Source: Candidatus Methylomirabilia bacterium
Lineage (GTDB): Bacteria; Methylomirabilota; Methylomirabilia; Rokubacteriales; CSP1-6
Assembly (NCBI GenBank): GCA_046758965.1
Contig: JBHIBG010000004.1
Coordinates: forward strand, 39,517-103,516
DNA: 64,000 nt
Direction: 5' to 3'
Part shown: in pieces, positions 55,885-64,000 of the stretch
Layout of the letters: every line of letters starts with the position of its first letter
Position numbering within the stretch: position 1 is the first letter of the stretch
Position numbers and translations under genes: made by a program
Notes under the pieces: model-generated
Told to the model about the DNA's origin: nothing
Databases searched by the model: none
The model's input: the letters and a program-made list of their open reading frames with translations, nothing else

Positions 55885-57090
55885 GTGAAGCTGGCGTACT
55901 TCGACTGCCCGGCCGGAGCCAGCGGGGACATGATCCTGGGCGCCCTCGCGGACGCGGGGGTCTCTCTGGAAGCGCTCCGCCAGGAGCTCTCAAAGCTCCC
56001 GCTCTCCGGCTATCGCCTTGCCTCCCGCCAAACCAAACGCGGGGTGTTCCGGGCCACGAAGGTAGACGTGGAGGTGGACCCCGTTGCCGGAAGCCACCAC
56101 CGGACCCTGTTTGAGATTCTTGATCTTCTCGACCGGAGTGCCCTTCCGGACCCGGTCAGGGCCGACAGCAAACGCATCTTCAGCCGCCTGGGCGAGGCCG
56201 AAGCCAGAGCCCATGGGACAACGGTGAGCGACGTCGAATTCCACGATGTGGGGGCGGTTGACGCCATCGTTGATATCACCGGCGCCGTGGTCGGCCTTTG
56301 GCTCCTCGGGGTCGAGGCGATCTCTGTGTCGCCCCTCCCCGTGGGAGGAGGCGTTGTCGAGGGGCCTCATGGCAAGATCCCGATCCCGGGACCCGGCACC
56401 GCCGAGCTGCTCAAAGGGTTCCCGATTTTCGACAACGGGATCAGGGCGGAGCTGCTGACCCCGACCGGGGCAGCCATCCTGACCACTCTGGCCCGGTCCG
56501 TGGGCAGCATGCCGGCGATGACCCTCGAGGCGGTCGGCTGCGGCGCCGGGAGCATGGACCTTCCCGTTCCCAACCTCCTTCGCTGCTTCGTCGGCGATGG
56601 GGAGGCCAGGGTGTCAGGCCCGAGAGAGACGATCGCTCAGGTGGAGACCACCATTGATGACATGTCCCCCCAGCTCTACGAGCCACTGCTCGACCGGCTC
56701 CTGGAGGCCGGGGCTCTGGATGTCTTTCTCACCCCGGTCCTCATGAAGCGGAGCCGCCCAGGGGTGGTGCTGACGGTCCTCTGCGGCCCTGAACAGGTCG
56801 GGGATCTCACCGCCATTCTCTTCCAGGAGTCCACCACCCTCGGGGTCCGCTGGACCGAGTATCAGCGACAACGGCTCGACCGGGACCTGGTGGTGCTTCC
56901 TACCGCCTACGGCCCCGTCACGGTCAAGGTCTCCCGGCTCGGGGGCAACGTTTGCACTGTCACCCCCGAGTTCGAGGAGGTCCGCCGGATCGCCAGGGAG
57001 AAGGGGCTGCCCGTCCGCGAGGTACTCGACCGAGCCCGCGCCGACGCCCGGCGGGCCCTGATCGATCCGGAGCAACGCCTCAGCCCTTGA
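55885..57090 (+). CDS. larC: Nickel insertase LarC
   Basis: GASGDMILGAL, AEARAHG, FHDVGAVDAIVD, ELLTPTGA, ETTIDD, MKRSRPG, ESTTLGVR, PEFEE; single continuous ORF. Confidence 0.94.
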   Translation: MKLAYFDCPAGASGDMILGALADAGVSLEALRQELSKLPLSGYRLASRQTKRGVFRATKVDVEVDPVAGSHHRTLFEILDLLDRSALPDPVRADSKRIFSRLGEAEARAHGTTVSDVEFHDVGAVDAIVDITGAVVGLWLLGVEAISVSPLPVGGGVVEGPHGKIPIPGPGTAELLKGFPIFDNGIRAELLTPTGAAILTTLARSVGSMPAMTLEAVGCGAGSMDLPVPNLLRCFVGDGEARVSGPRETIAQVETTIDDMSPQLYEPLLDRLLEAGALDVFLTPVLMKRSRPGVVLTVLCGPEQVGDLTAILFQESTTLGVRWTEYQRQRLDRDLVVLPTAYGPVTVKVSRLGGNVCTVTPEFEEVRRIAREKGLPVREVLDRARADARRALIDPEQRLSP

Positions 57091-57115
57091 CATTCCAGGG
57101 GGACCGGCTTAGGGT
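57087..57115 (+). promoter_or_regulatory. Sigma70-type promoter upstream of the cox cluster
   Basis: TTGACA-N17-TAGGGT. Confidence 0.55.
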
Positions 57116-57163
57116 GGGAGGCGCCTTTCGTCTCTCGCGAGCCTTTCGCCGGAGGAGCTGACC

Positions 57164-57235
57164 ATGGGGAGGCTGGCCGTCGTTGCCGAGGGAGATCGGG
57201 CGCAAGCCGCTGGCCTGAGCTTCATCACTTCGTAG
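57164..57235 (+). other. Candidate 23-aa small ORF
   Basis: SD GGAGGAG + ATG; MGRLAVVAEGDRAQAAGLSFITS. Confidence 0.3.
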
Positions 57236-57276
57236 GGCGACACGAGGCTTTCGATGCGGAGCCGATCCCGCGACCA

Positions 57277-57291
57277 AGAGTTGGCAACTCT
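57277..57291. promoter_or_regulatory. Perfect 7-1-7 inverted repeat, candidate operator
   Basis: AGAGTTG-G-CAACTCT, 8 nt before a TACACT -10-like box. Confidence 0.45.
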
Positions 57292-57354
57292 CGCTCGGGT
57301 ACACTTCCGCTCACGAGCAGCTGAAATAATGCATAACCCAGGGAGGTGGGAGCC

Positions 57355-57828
<474 letters not shown>

Positions 57829-57859
57829 ACCCGGCGAGACGGATTGAAAGGGAAACGCC

Positions 57860-60223
57860 ATGACAACGGAAACCAAGCTCTTCGGCTCTTCTATCAGGCG
57901 CCGAGAGGATCCCCGGCTCATCACCGGCAAGGGAACGTTCACCGATAACCTGAAGATCCCCGGGATGGTCTACGCCTTTATTGTCCGCTCCCCTCACGCC
58001 CACGCGCGGATCAGGAAAATCGACGTGAGCGTGGCGAAGGCTCATCCTGGCGTTATCGCTGTGTTCACCGGGGCCGACATGCAGGAGGCCAAGGTCGGTC
58101 CGATCCCCACCGGCTGGCTTCACGCGGGCATTAAAATCCCCCCGCACCCGCCCATAGCGGTTGACAAAGTGAACTATGTTGGCGACGCGGTCGCCGTCGT
58201 CCTGGCCGAGGATCGGTACATCGCCCGCGACGCCGCCGAGCTGGTTCAGGTGGACTACGAGGCCTTGCCCGCAGTGGTAGATATGCCGAAGGCGGTCAAA
58301 GCCCAACCGACTGCTATCCATGCTGAGGCGTCTGACAATGTGGCCTTCAACTGGAGCATCGGCGACAAGGAGAAGACTGACGCCGCCTTCGCCAGGGCCG
58401 ATAAGGTCGCCAAGATCCACACTGTCAACAATCGGCTGATCCCCAACGCGATCGAGCCTCGCTGTGCTGTGGCCCAGTACAACTCGGCCACCGGCGACCT
58501 GACCCTCTGGATGACCAGCCAGAACCCTCACATCCACCGCCTGATGGTATCGGCCTTCATCCTGGGGTTACCGGAGCACAAAGTCCGGGTCATTGCCCCC
58601 GACGTGGGCGGAGGCTTTGGCAGCAAAATTCACATTTACGCGGACGAGGTGATCGTCTGCTGGTGCGCCAAGATGACCGGTCGCCCGGTGAAATGGACTT
58701 CTGACCGCCGGGAGAGCTATCTGACGGACGCGCACGGCAGGGATCACGTGACCGACGCGGAGATGGCCTTCAGCAAGGATGGCAAGATGCTGGGGCTCCG
58801 CGTGCATACCCTGGCAAACATGGGGGCGTATCTTTCCCTCTTTGCCCCGGCAGTTCCGACGTACCTCTACGGCACCCTCATGTCTGGTCTGTACGCCCAA
58901 CCGGCTATCCATTGCCAGGTTACCGGCGTCTTCACCAACACGGTTCCTGTGGATGCCTACCGGGGGGCGGGCAGGCCAGAGGCCGCCTTTGTCGTCGAGC
59001 GCTTGGTGGATCTCGGGGCGCGGGAATTGGGGATCGACCCGGTGGAGCTGCGCCGCAAGAACTTCGTTGCACCGGACCAGTTCCCGTTCCAGACCCAGGT
59101 GGCTCTGGCCTATGACAGTGGCAACTACGCTCCGGCCCTGGACAAGGCCCTTCAGGTGGTCGGCTACCAGCAACTCCGGCAGGAACAGGAGAAGGCGAGG
59201 AAGAACGGCCAGTATATTGGCATCGGGCTCTCAACCTACATCGAGGCCTGCGGCCTGGCGCCGTCGGCCGTTGTCGGCTCCCTCGGGGCTCAGGCAGGTC
59301 AGTGGGAGAGCGCGACGGTCCGCGTGCACCCCACCGGAACAGTGACAGTGTTCACCGGCTCGCACTCCCACGGTCAGGGGCACGAGACCACCTTTGCCCA
59401 GCTCGCGGCCGATGAGCTGGGGATCCCGATCGAGCACGTGGAGGTCGTCCATGGTGACACCGGCGCGATCCCGTACGGGTGGGGCACGTATGGGAGCCGG
59501 AGCGTTGCCGTAGGAGGGAGCGCCATCCACACGAGCCTCCAGAAAATCAAGGAGAAGGGGCGGAAGATAGCCGCCCACCTCCTGGAGGCCGCCGAGAACG
59601 ACATCGCGTTCGAGGGAGGCAAGTTCTTCGTGAAGGGCTCGCCAGATCGATCCAAGGCCTGGGGGGAGGTAGTCCTCATGGCCTACCTGGCTCACAACCT
59701 TCCGCAGGGAATGGAGCCCGCACTCGAGGTTACCTCCTTCTATGACCCCCCCAACTTCACATTCCCCTTTGGGACTCACATCTGTGTCCTGGAGGTGGAC
59801 CCGGACTCCGGCAAGACCAAACTCCTCCGCTACGTTGCGGTCGACGATGTTGGCACCGTGATCAACCCAATGATTGTGGACGGCCAGGTCCACGGCGGCA
59901 TCGCTCAAGGTGTCGCCCAGGCGCTCTGGGAGAGTGCGGTCTACGATGCCAACGGCCAACTCCTCAGCGGGTCCATGATGGACTACGCTGTGCCCAAGGC
60001 TGATGACCTCGTGTCCTTTGACGTAGACCGCACCGTGACGCCGTGCCCGCACAACCCGCTCGGCGTAAAAGGCGCGGGGGAAACCGGCACCATCGCCTCC
60101 ACGGCTGCCGTCGCCAACGCAGTAATGGACGCGCTAGCGCCCTTCGGGATCACCCACATTGACATGCCACTGACCCCTTCGCGGATCTGGGCTGCGGTCC
60201 AGGCTGCCAAGGGCAAGCGATAG
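57860..60223 (+). CDS. coxL: Molybdenum hydroxylase large subunit, form II CoxL-like
   Basis: RREDPRL, GGGFGSK, AYRGAGR active-site loop, GQGHETT, GQVHGG, KGAGE. Confidence 0.9.
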   Translation: MTTETKLFGSSIRRREDPRLITGKGTFTDNLKIPGMVYAFIVRSPHAHARIRKIDVSVAKAHPGVIAVFTGADMQEAKVGPIPTGWLHAGIKIPPHPPIAVDKVNYVGDAVAVVLAEDRYIARDAAELVQVDYEALPAVVDMPKAVKAQPTAIHAEASDNVAFNWSIGDKEKTDAAFARADKVAKIHTVNNRLIPNAIEPRCAVAQYNSATGDLTLWMTSQNPHIHRLMVSAFILGLPEHKVRVIAPDVGGGFGSKIHIYADEVIVCWCAKMTGRPVKWTSDRRESYLTDAHGRDHVTDAEMAFSKDGKMLGLRVHTLANMGAYLSLFAPAVPTYLYGTLMSGLYAQPAIHCQVTGVFTNTVPVDAYRGAGRPEAAFVVERLVDLGARELGIDPVELRRKNFVAPDQFPFQTQVALAYDSGNYAPALDKALQVVGYQQLRQEQEKARKNGQYIGIGLSTYIEACGLAPSAVVGSLGAQAGQWESATVRVHPTGTVTVFTGSHSHGQGHETTFAQLAADELGIPIEHVEVVHGDTGAIPYGWGTYGSRSVAVGGSAIHTSLQKIKEKGRKIAAHLLEAAENDIAFEGGKFFVKGSPDRSKAWGEVVLMAYLAHNLPQGMEPALEVTSFYDPPNFTFPFGTHICVLEVDPDSGKTKLLRYVAVDDVGTVINPMIVDGQVHGGIAQGVAQALWESAVYDANGQLLSGSMMDYAVPKADDLVSFDVDRTVTPCPHNPLGVKGAGETGTIASTAAVANAVMDALAPFGITHIDMPLTPSRIWAAVQAAKGKR

Positions 60224-60239
60224 AGGGGGGGGAAGCGCC

Positions 60240-61109
60240 ATGTATCCGGCTCAGTTCGAGTACCACGCCCCGTCCACCGTTCAGGAGGCGATCTCGCTTC
60301 TCGGCAGGCTGAAGGACGACGCCAAGCTCCTGGCTGGTGGCCATAGCCTGATCCCCATGATGAAGCTCCGCCTGGCCCAACCCAAGCATCTGATCGACCT
60401 GAGAAAGGTGCGCGGGCTGTCAGGAATTCGAGAAGAAAACGGCACCATCGTGATCGGCGCCCTCGCGACCCACTACGAGGTGGAGTCTTCGGCCGTTCTC
60501 AAGCAGAAGTGCCCACTTCTGCCTGAGACCGCCGCTCAGATCGGCGATCCCCAGGTCAGGAACATGGGGACCATCGGGGGGGCCCTGGCCCATGCTGACC
60601 CGGCGGCTGATTACCCCGCGGCAGTCATTGCCCTGGGGGCTGAGCTTGTGGCCGAGGGGCCGAAAGGGAAACGCACGATCAAGGCGGATGATTTCTTCAA
60701 GGGACTTCTCACCACTGCTCTCCAACCCGATGAGGTTCTTGCTGAGATCCGATTTCCTGCCTGGCCTGCCGGGACAGGGATGTCCTACATGAAGTTCCCC
60801 CACCCGGCTTCTCGATTCGCGGTGGTAGGAGTCGCGGCGGCGGTGACCGTGGATGGCAAGGGCTCCTGTTCCAAGCTGGGCGTGTCGGTCACCGGGGCCG
60901 GGACCAAGGCGGTGCGAGCGAAGGGCGTGGAAGCCGCTCTGTCAGGGAAGAGCCTTGATGCGGCGGCGATCCAGGCTGCGGCCGAGAAGGGTGCTGAGGG
61001 TGTGGATGTTCAGGCCGACCTTCAGGGCTCGGTGGAGTACAAGACTCACCTTATCAAGGTCTACTGCCGCCGCGCCCTGGAGGGCGCCGGAGCGCGGGCC
61101 AAGAAGTGA
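60240..61109 (+). CDS. coxM: Molybdenum hydroxylase FAD-binding subunit
   Basis: [35 protein letters not shown]. Confidence 0.93.
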   Translation: MYPAQFEYHAPSTVQEAISLLGRLKDDAKLLAGGHSLIPMMKLRLAQPKHLIDLRKVRGLSGIREENGTIVIGALATHYEVESSAVLKQKCPLLPETAAQIGDPQVRNMGTIGGALAHADPAADYPAAVIALGAELVAEGPKGKRTIKADDFFKGLLTTALQPDEVLAEIRFPAWPAGTGMSYMKFPHPASRFAVVGVAAAVTVDGKGSCSKLGVSVTGAGTKAVRAKGVEAALSGKSLDAAAIQAAAEKGAEGVDVQADLQGSVEYKTHLIKVYCRRALEGAGARAKK

Positions 61110-61157
61110 GCGCGTCCTGAGGTCCCGAGCAGAGCGGGTTGAGGCGAGCATGGACAG

Positions 61158-61748
61158 GTGATTGGGGCGGTAGTGCTGGCCGCCGGCCGGAGCCAGAGAA
61201 TGGGCCGGGCCAAGCTCCTCCTGGAGTGGGGAGGTCGTCCGGTGATCCATCGCGTGGTCGAGCAACTGTTGGCGGCCGGAGTCGAAGAGGTGGTCGTGGT
61301 GCTCGGCCACGAAGCCTCGGCAATCCGGGAGGCGCTGTCAGGCCTCCCGGTTCGTTATGTGACGAACCCGAATCCGGACGCCGGGCAGGGCAGCTCCATC
61401 GCCTGCGGCATTGCGGGGCTGTCGCCGAGCGTCGAAGCGGCGCTGATTGTTCTCGGCGACCAGCCCGGGCTCCCTGCTGAGGTCATCCCTCGGCTCATCG
61501 AGAGCTTCAGGCAGAGTGAGAAATCTATCGTGGCCCCGGCCTACCGAGGGGTCCAAGGAAACCCGGTCCTCTTCGCCTCAGCCGTCTTCCCCGAGCTCCG
61601 GGCTCTCACGGGCGACAGGGGAGCCCGATCCCTGGTGGAGAAGGAGCCGACCCGGGTCGTCACCGTCCCCTTCGCCCTGCCCATGCCTCCGGATCTCGAT
61701 ACCCCCGACGAGTACGAACAGCACCGGCCACGCGTGAACCCGGTGTAA
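61158..61748 (+). CDS. mocA: Molybdenum cofactor cytidylyltransferase (MocA-like)
   Basis: LAAGRSQRMG..K, LGDQP, GNPVLF, GDRGAR, DLDTP. Confidence 0.88.
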   Translation: MIGAVVLAAGRSQRMGRAKLLLEWGGRPVIHRVVEQLLAAGVEEVVVVLGHEASAIREALSGLPVRYVTNPNPDAGQGSSIACGIAGLSPSVEAALIVLGDQPGLPAEVIPRLIESFRQSEKSIVAPAYRGVQGNPVLFASAVFPELRALTGDRGARSLVEKEPTRVVTVPFALPMPPDLDTPDEYEQHRPRVNPV

Positions 61749-61782
61749 ACTGGAGATGCTGAATTGGCTGATTGAGGAGCGG

Positions 61783-62673
61783 ATGCGCGAGGAGATCAGG
61801 AAGATCCAGGAGCTGATGGAGTCGGCCGGCTACGTGACCGACGCTCCTGTCGCGACTGCCATCCACCTGGCCATGACCCTCAAAAAGCCCCTCCTGATCG
61901 AGGGACCTGCAGGGGTCGGCAAGACGGAGGTGGCCAAGGTGCTGGCGCGGGTCTTGGGCACCAATCTGATCCGCCTTCAGTGCTACGAGGGGCTGGACCA
62001 GTCCACAGCGCTTTACGAGTGGAACTACCAGAAGCAGCTCCTCCACATCAAGCTCGAAGAAGGAACCGACCACACGCTGGCGCAGAAGGAAGCCACCATC
62101 TTCTCCGAGCCGTTTCTCCTCAGGCGCCCGCTGCTCCAGGCGATCACTCAGGATGGGCAACCCCCCGTCCTTCTCGTGGACGAAACTGATCGCGCAGATG
62201 AAGAGTTCGAGGCGTTCCTCCTGGAGGTGCTGTCGGAGTTCCAGGTCACGATTCCCGAGATCGGCACCATCAAGGCGGCCCAGCCGCCCTACGTGGTGCT
62301 TACGTCGAACCGCTCGCGCGAGCTTTCCGACGCCCTTCGCCGCCGCTGCCTCTACCTCTGGATCGACTACCCGTCGTTTGAGAAGGAGGTCCAGATCATC
62401 CAGCGCAAGGTCCCCGGGGTGAACGAGCGGCTGGCCCGCCAGGTATCCAAGTTCATGGAGGCGCTCCGTCAGGTTCGGCTCTCGAAGGTTCCGGGCGTGG
62501 CCGAGACCCTGGACTGGGCCCAGGCCCTCACAGCGCTCCACGGCGATCACCTGGACGAGACCCTGGTGGCCGAAACCCTCGGCTGTCTGCTGAAGGACGC
62601 CGACGACATGAGGCGCGTCAAACAGGAGCTGGGGAGCTCCGGCCTGGGCCGCTTCCTTCCCCTCGAACGCTAG
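61783..62673 (+). CDS. coxD: MoxR-type AAA+ ATPase (CoxD-like)
   Basis: EGPAGVGKT, RLQCYEG, LYEWNY.KQ, DETDR, ALRRRC; SD GAGGAG before ATG 61783. Confidence 0.9.
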   Translation: MREEIRKIQELMESAGYVTDAPVATAIHLAMTLKKPLLIEGPAGVGKTEVAKVLARVLGTNLIRLQCYEGLDQSTALYEWNYQKQLLHIKLEEGTDHTLAQKEATIFSEPFLLRRPLLQAITQDGQPPVLLVDETDRADEEFEAFLLEVLSEFQVTIPEIGTIKAAQPPYVVLTSNRSRELSDALRRRCLYLWIDYPSFEKEVQIIQRKVPGVNERLARQVSKFMEALRQVRLSKVPGVAETLDWAQALTALHGDHLDETLVAETLGCLLKDADDMRRVKQELGSSGLGRFLPLER

Positions 62674-63818
62674 TGGGGGACCTCCTTACCTCCACCCTCT
62701 CCTTCTGCCGCGTGCTGCGTCAGCACGGGCTTCCGGTAACGGTCGCGGAAGCCACCGACGCTGTCAGAGCCCTCGACCACCTGGACCTCGCCGACCGGGA
62801 CGAGCTGTACCTCGGCCTCCGCTCAGTCCTGGTCTCCCGCATCGAGGAGCAGCCGGCCTTTGACCGGTGCTTCGAGGCATTTTGGAAATTCCGAAGCGGC
62901 GCCGCTCCAGTGATGGAGGGGCCCCTGTCCGCCCCTTCGATCGCATCCCCTGACGACCAGGCCGGACCGGTGAAGGTAGCGGGGCAGAGGCGGGAGGGGG
63001 TAGCGCTGGAGTCCTGGGCCGAAGAGGAGGACACACCGGAGAGCGAGCCGCTCGGCGTACCCGGAATGAGCGATCGGGAGTCCCTGATGGAGCAGGACTT
63101 CTCCGCCTTTCCGGCTGACCAGCTCGGGGAGATGGCGCGGCTGACCGTCTTGATCGCCCGCCGGCTGGCCAGGCGGATCAGCCGTCGCCGCCGTCCCACC
63201 CGGAGACGCGGCGCGGTGGACCTGCGGCGGACGATGCGAGCCAATCTCTCCCGCGGCGAGCTGATCGAGCTCAGGCGCAAGGAGCGGAAGCGGCGAAAAG
63301 TGCGCTTGGTCCTTCTCTGCGACACCTCCGGCTCCATGGACCTGTACAGCCGCTTCTTCCTCCAGTTTCTCTATGCGATGCAGAACGTCTTCGGGCGAGT
63401 TGAGACATTCACCTTCTCCACGCATCTCACCCGGATCACCGACCACCTGAAGGGGAGACCCTACCGGCAGGTCCTTCGACAGCTCAGCGAAGTGAAAGGT
63501 TGGTCAGGCGGGACGCGGATCGGCGAATCCCTGGCCGACTTCAACCGCGACTGGGCAGGCCGGCTCCTCGACCGCTACACCATCGTCCTTGTCCTCTCCG
63601 ACGGGTGGGACACCGGGGACCCCGACTTGCTGGCCGGGGAACTCCTGAAGATCAAGCGCTGGGCCGGACAGTTGATCTGGTTGAACCCGCTCCTCGGCAA
63701 TCCACACTACCAGCCGCTCACGCGGGGGATGGCGGCGGCGCTGCCCATGCTGAATCGCTTCGCCCCCGCCCACAACCTCCAGAGCCTCCGCGACCTCGCC
63801 ACTCAGCTGCGTCCCTGA
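62673..63818 (+). CDS. coxE: VWA-domain protein (CoxE-like)
   Basis: DTSGSM MIDAS, FST.LTR.T, WSGGTRIG, SDGWD, WLNP, RGM. Confidence 0.9.
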   Translation: MGDLLTSTLSFCRVLRQHGLPVTVAEATDAVRALDHLDLADRDELYLGLRSVLVSRIEEQPAFDRCFEAFWKFRSGAAPVMEGPLSAPSIASPDDQAGPVKVAGQRREGVALESWAEEEDTPESEPLGVPGMSDRESLMEQDFSAFPADQLGEMARLTVLIARRLARRISRRRRPTRRRGAVDLRRTMRANLSRGELIELRRKERKRRKVRLVLLCDTSGSMDLYSRFFLQFLYAMQNVFGRVETFTFSTHLTRITDHLKGRPYRQVLRQLSEVKGWSGGTRIGESLADFNRDWAGRLLDRYTIVLVLSDGWDTGDPDLLAGELLKIKRWAGQLIWLNPLLGNPHYQPLTRGMAAALPMLNRFAPAHNLQSLRDLATQLRP

Positions 63819-63969
63819 GGGTATTCCCTCTCTTCCTCTTACCTCCGCCGGGTTCCGGCATGTGAGAGCATTCGCATACTGTTCGGAGTTGTTTCAGACC
63901 GCCTGTTGTTCGTTCGCACGGTGGCCGGCACCTTCTGGCCCCTGGTCACCATGGTATAGTAGGACTGCC

Positions 63970-64000
63970 ATGCACGAACTCTTCGGCCAGCTCGATCAGC
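63970..64000 (+). CDS. Start of a CDS truncated by the window edge (possibly XdhC/CoxF-type chaperone)
   Basis: TGgTATAGT -10, AGGA, ATG-MHELFGQLDQ; identity guessed only from cox context. Confidence 0.35.
   Translation, partial: MHELFGQLDQ

Noticed and set aside
57280..57296. Sigma54 promoter (TTGGCA...GC)
   Set aside because: GG-to-GC spacing is 8 nt rather than the required 10.
57860..60223. Bona fide aerobic CO dehydrogenase (form I)
   Set aside because: Active-site loop is AYRGAGR, not AYxCSFR, and the gene order is S-L-M.

Overview
High-GC bacterial chromosomal segment, densely coding, with no rRNA, tRNA, CRISPR array, transposase or prophage gene that I can support. Gene content and style suggest a Rokubacteria/Methylomirabilota-like organism, but this is an unverified impression. 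Contents: end of a thiamine operon (thiG-thiE-thiO), two different TldD/TldE pairs (the second split by a retropepsin-like protease), several hydrolases, TcuA-like and FabL-like enzymes, a partly decayed DsrE/TusA sulfur-relay locus, an amidase/M20 hydrolase/LIV-type ABC cluster, an ABC-2 exporter, a nickel permease, moeA, an RRM protein with a long structured leader, an SplB-like radical SAM gene convergent with a DsbA-TPR-family B DNA polymerase operon, thrC-MoaD-NIL, rlmN-mtaB-mtnP-pfkB-larEBC, and a form II coxSLM-mocA-coxD-coxE cluster. Main hits: (1) an in-frame TGA exactly at the first redox position of the DsbA-like CxxC motif (UPWC, a probable selenoprotein missed by the ORF track) heading the TPR-polB operon; (2) clamp-binding-like C-termini on both PolB and the convergent radical SAM protein; (3) a multi-hairpin leader with an internal terminator upstream of the RRM gene; (4) several internally deleted or frameshifted genes; (5) recurrent leaderless promoter architecture; (6) paired DnaA-like boxes upstream of rlmN. 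All calls come from motif reading by eye; no database searches or folding programs were run.
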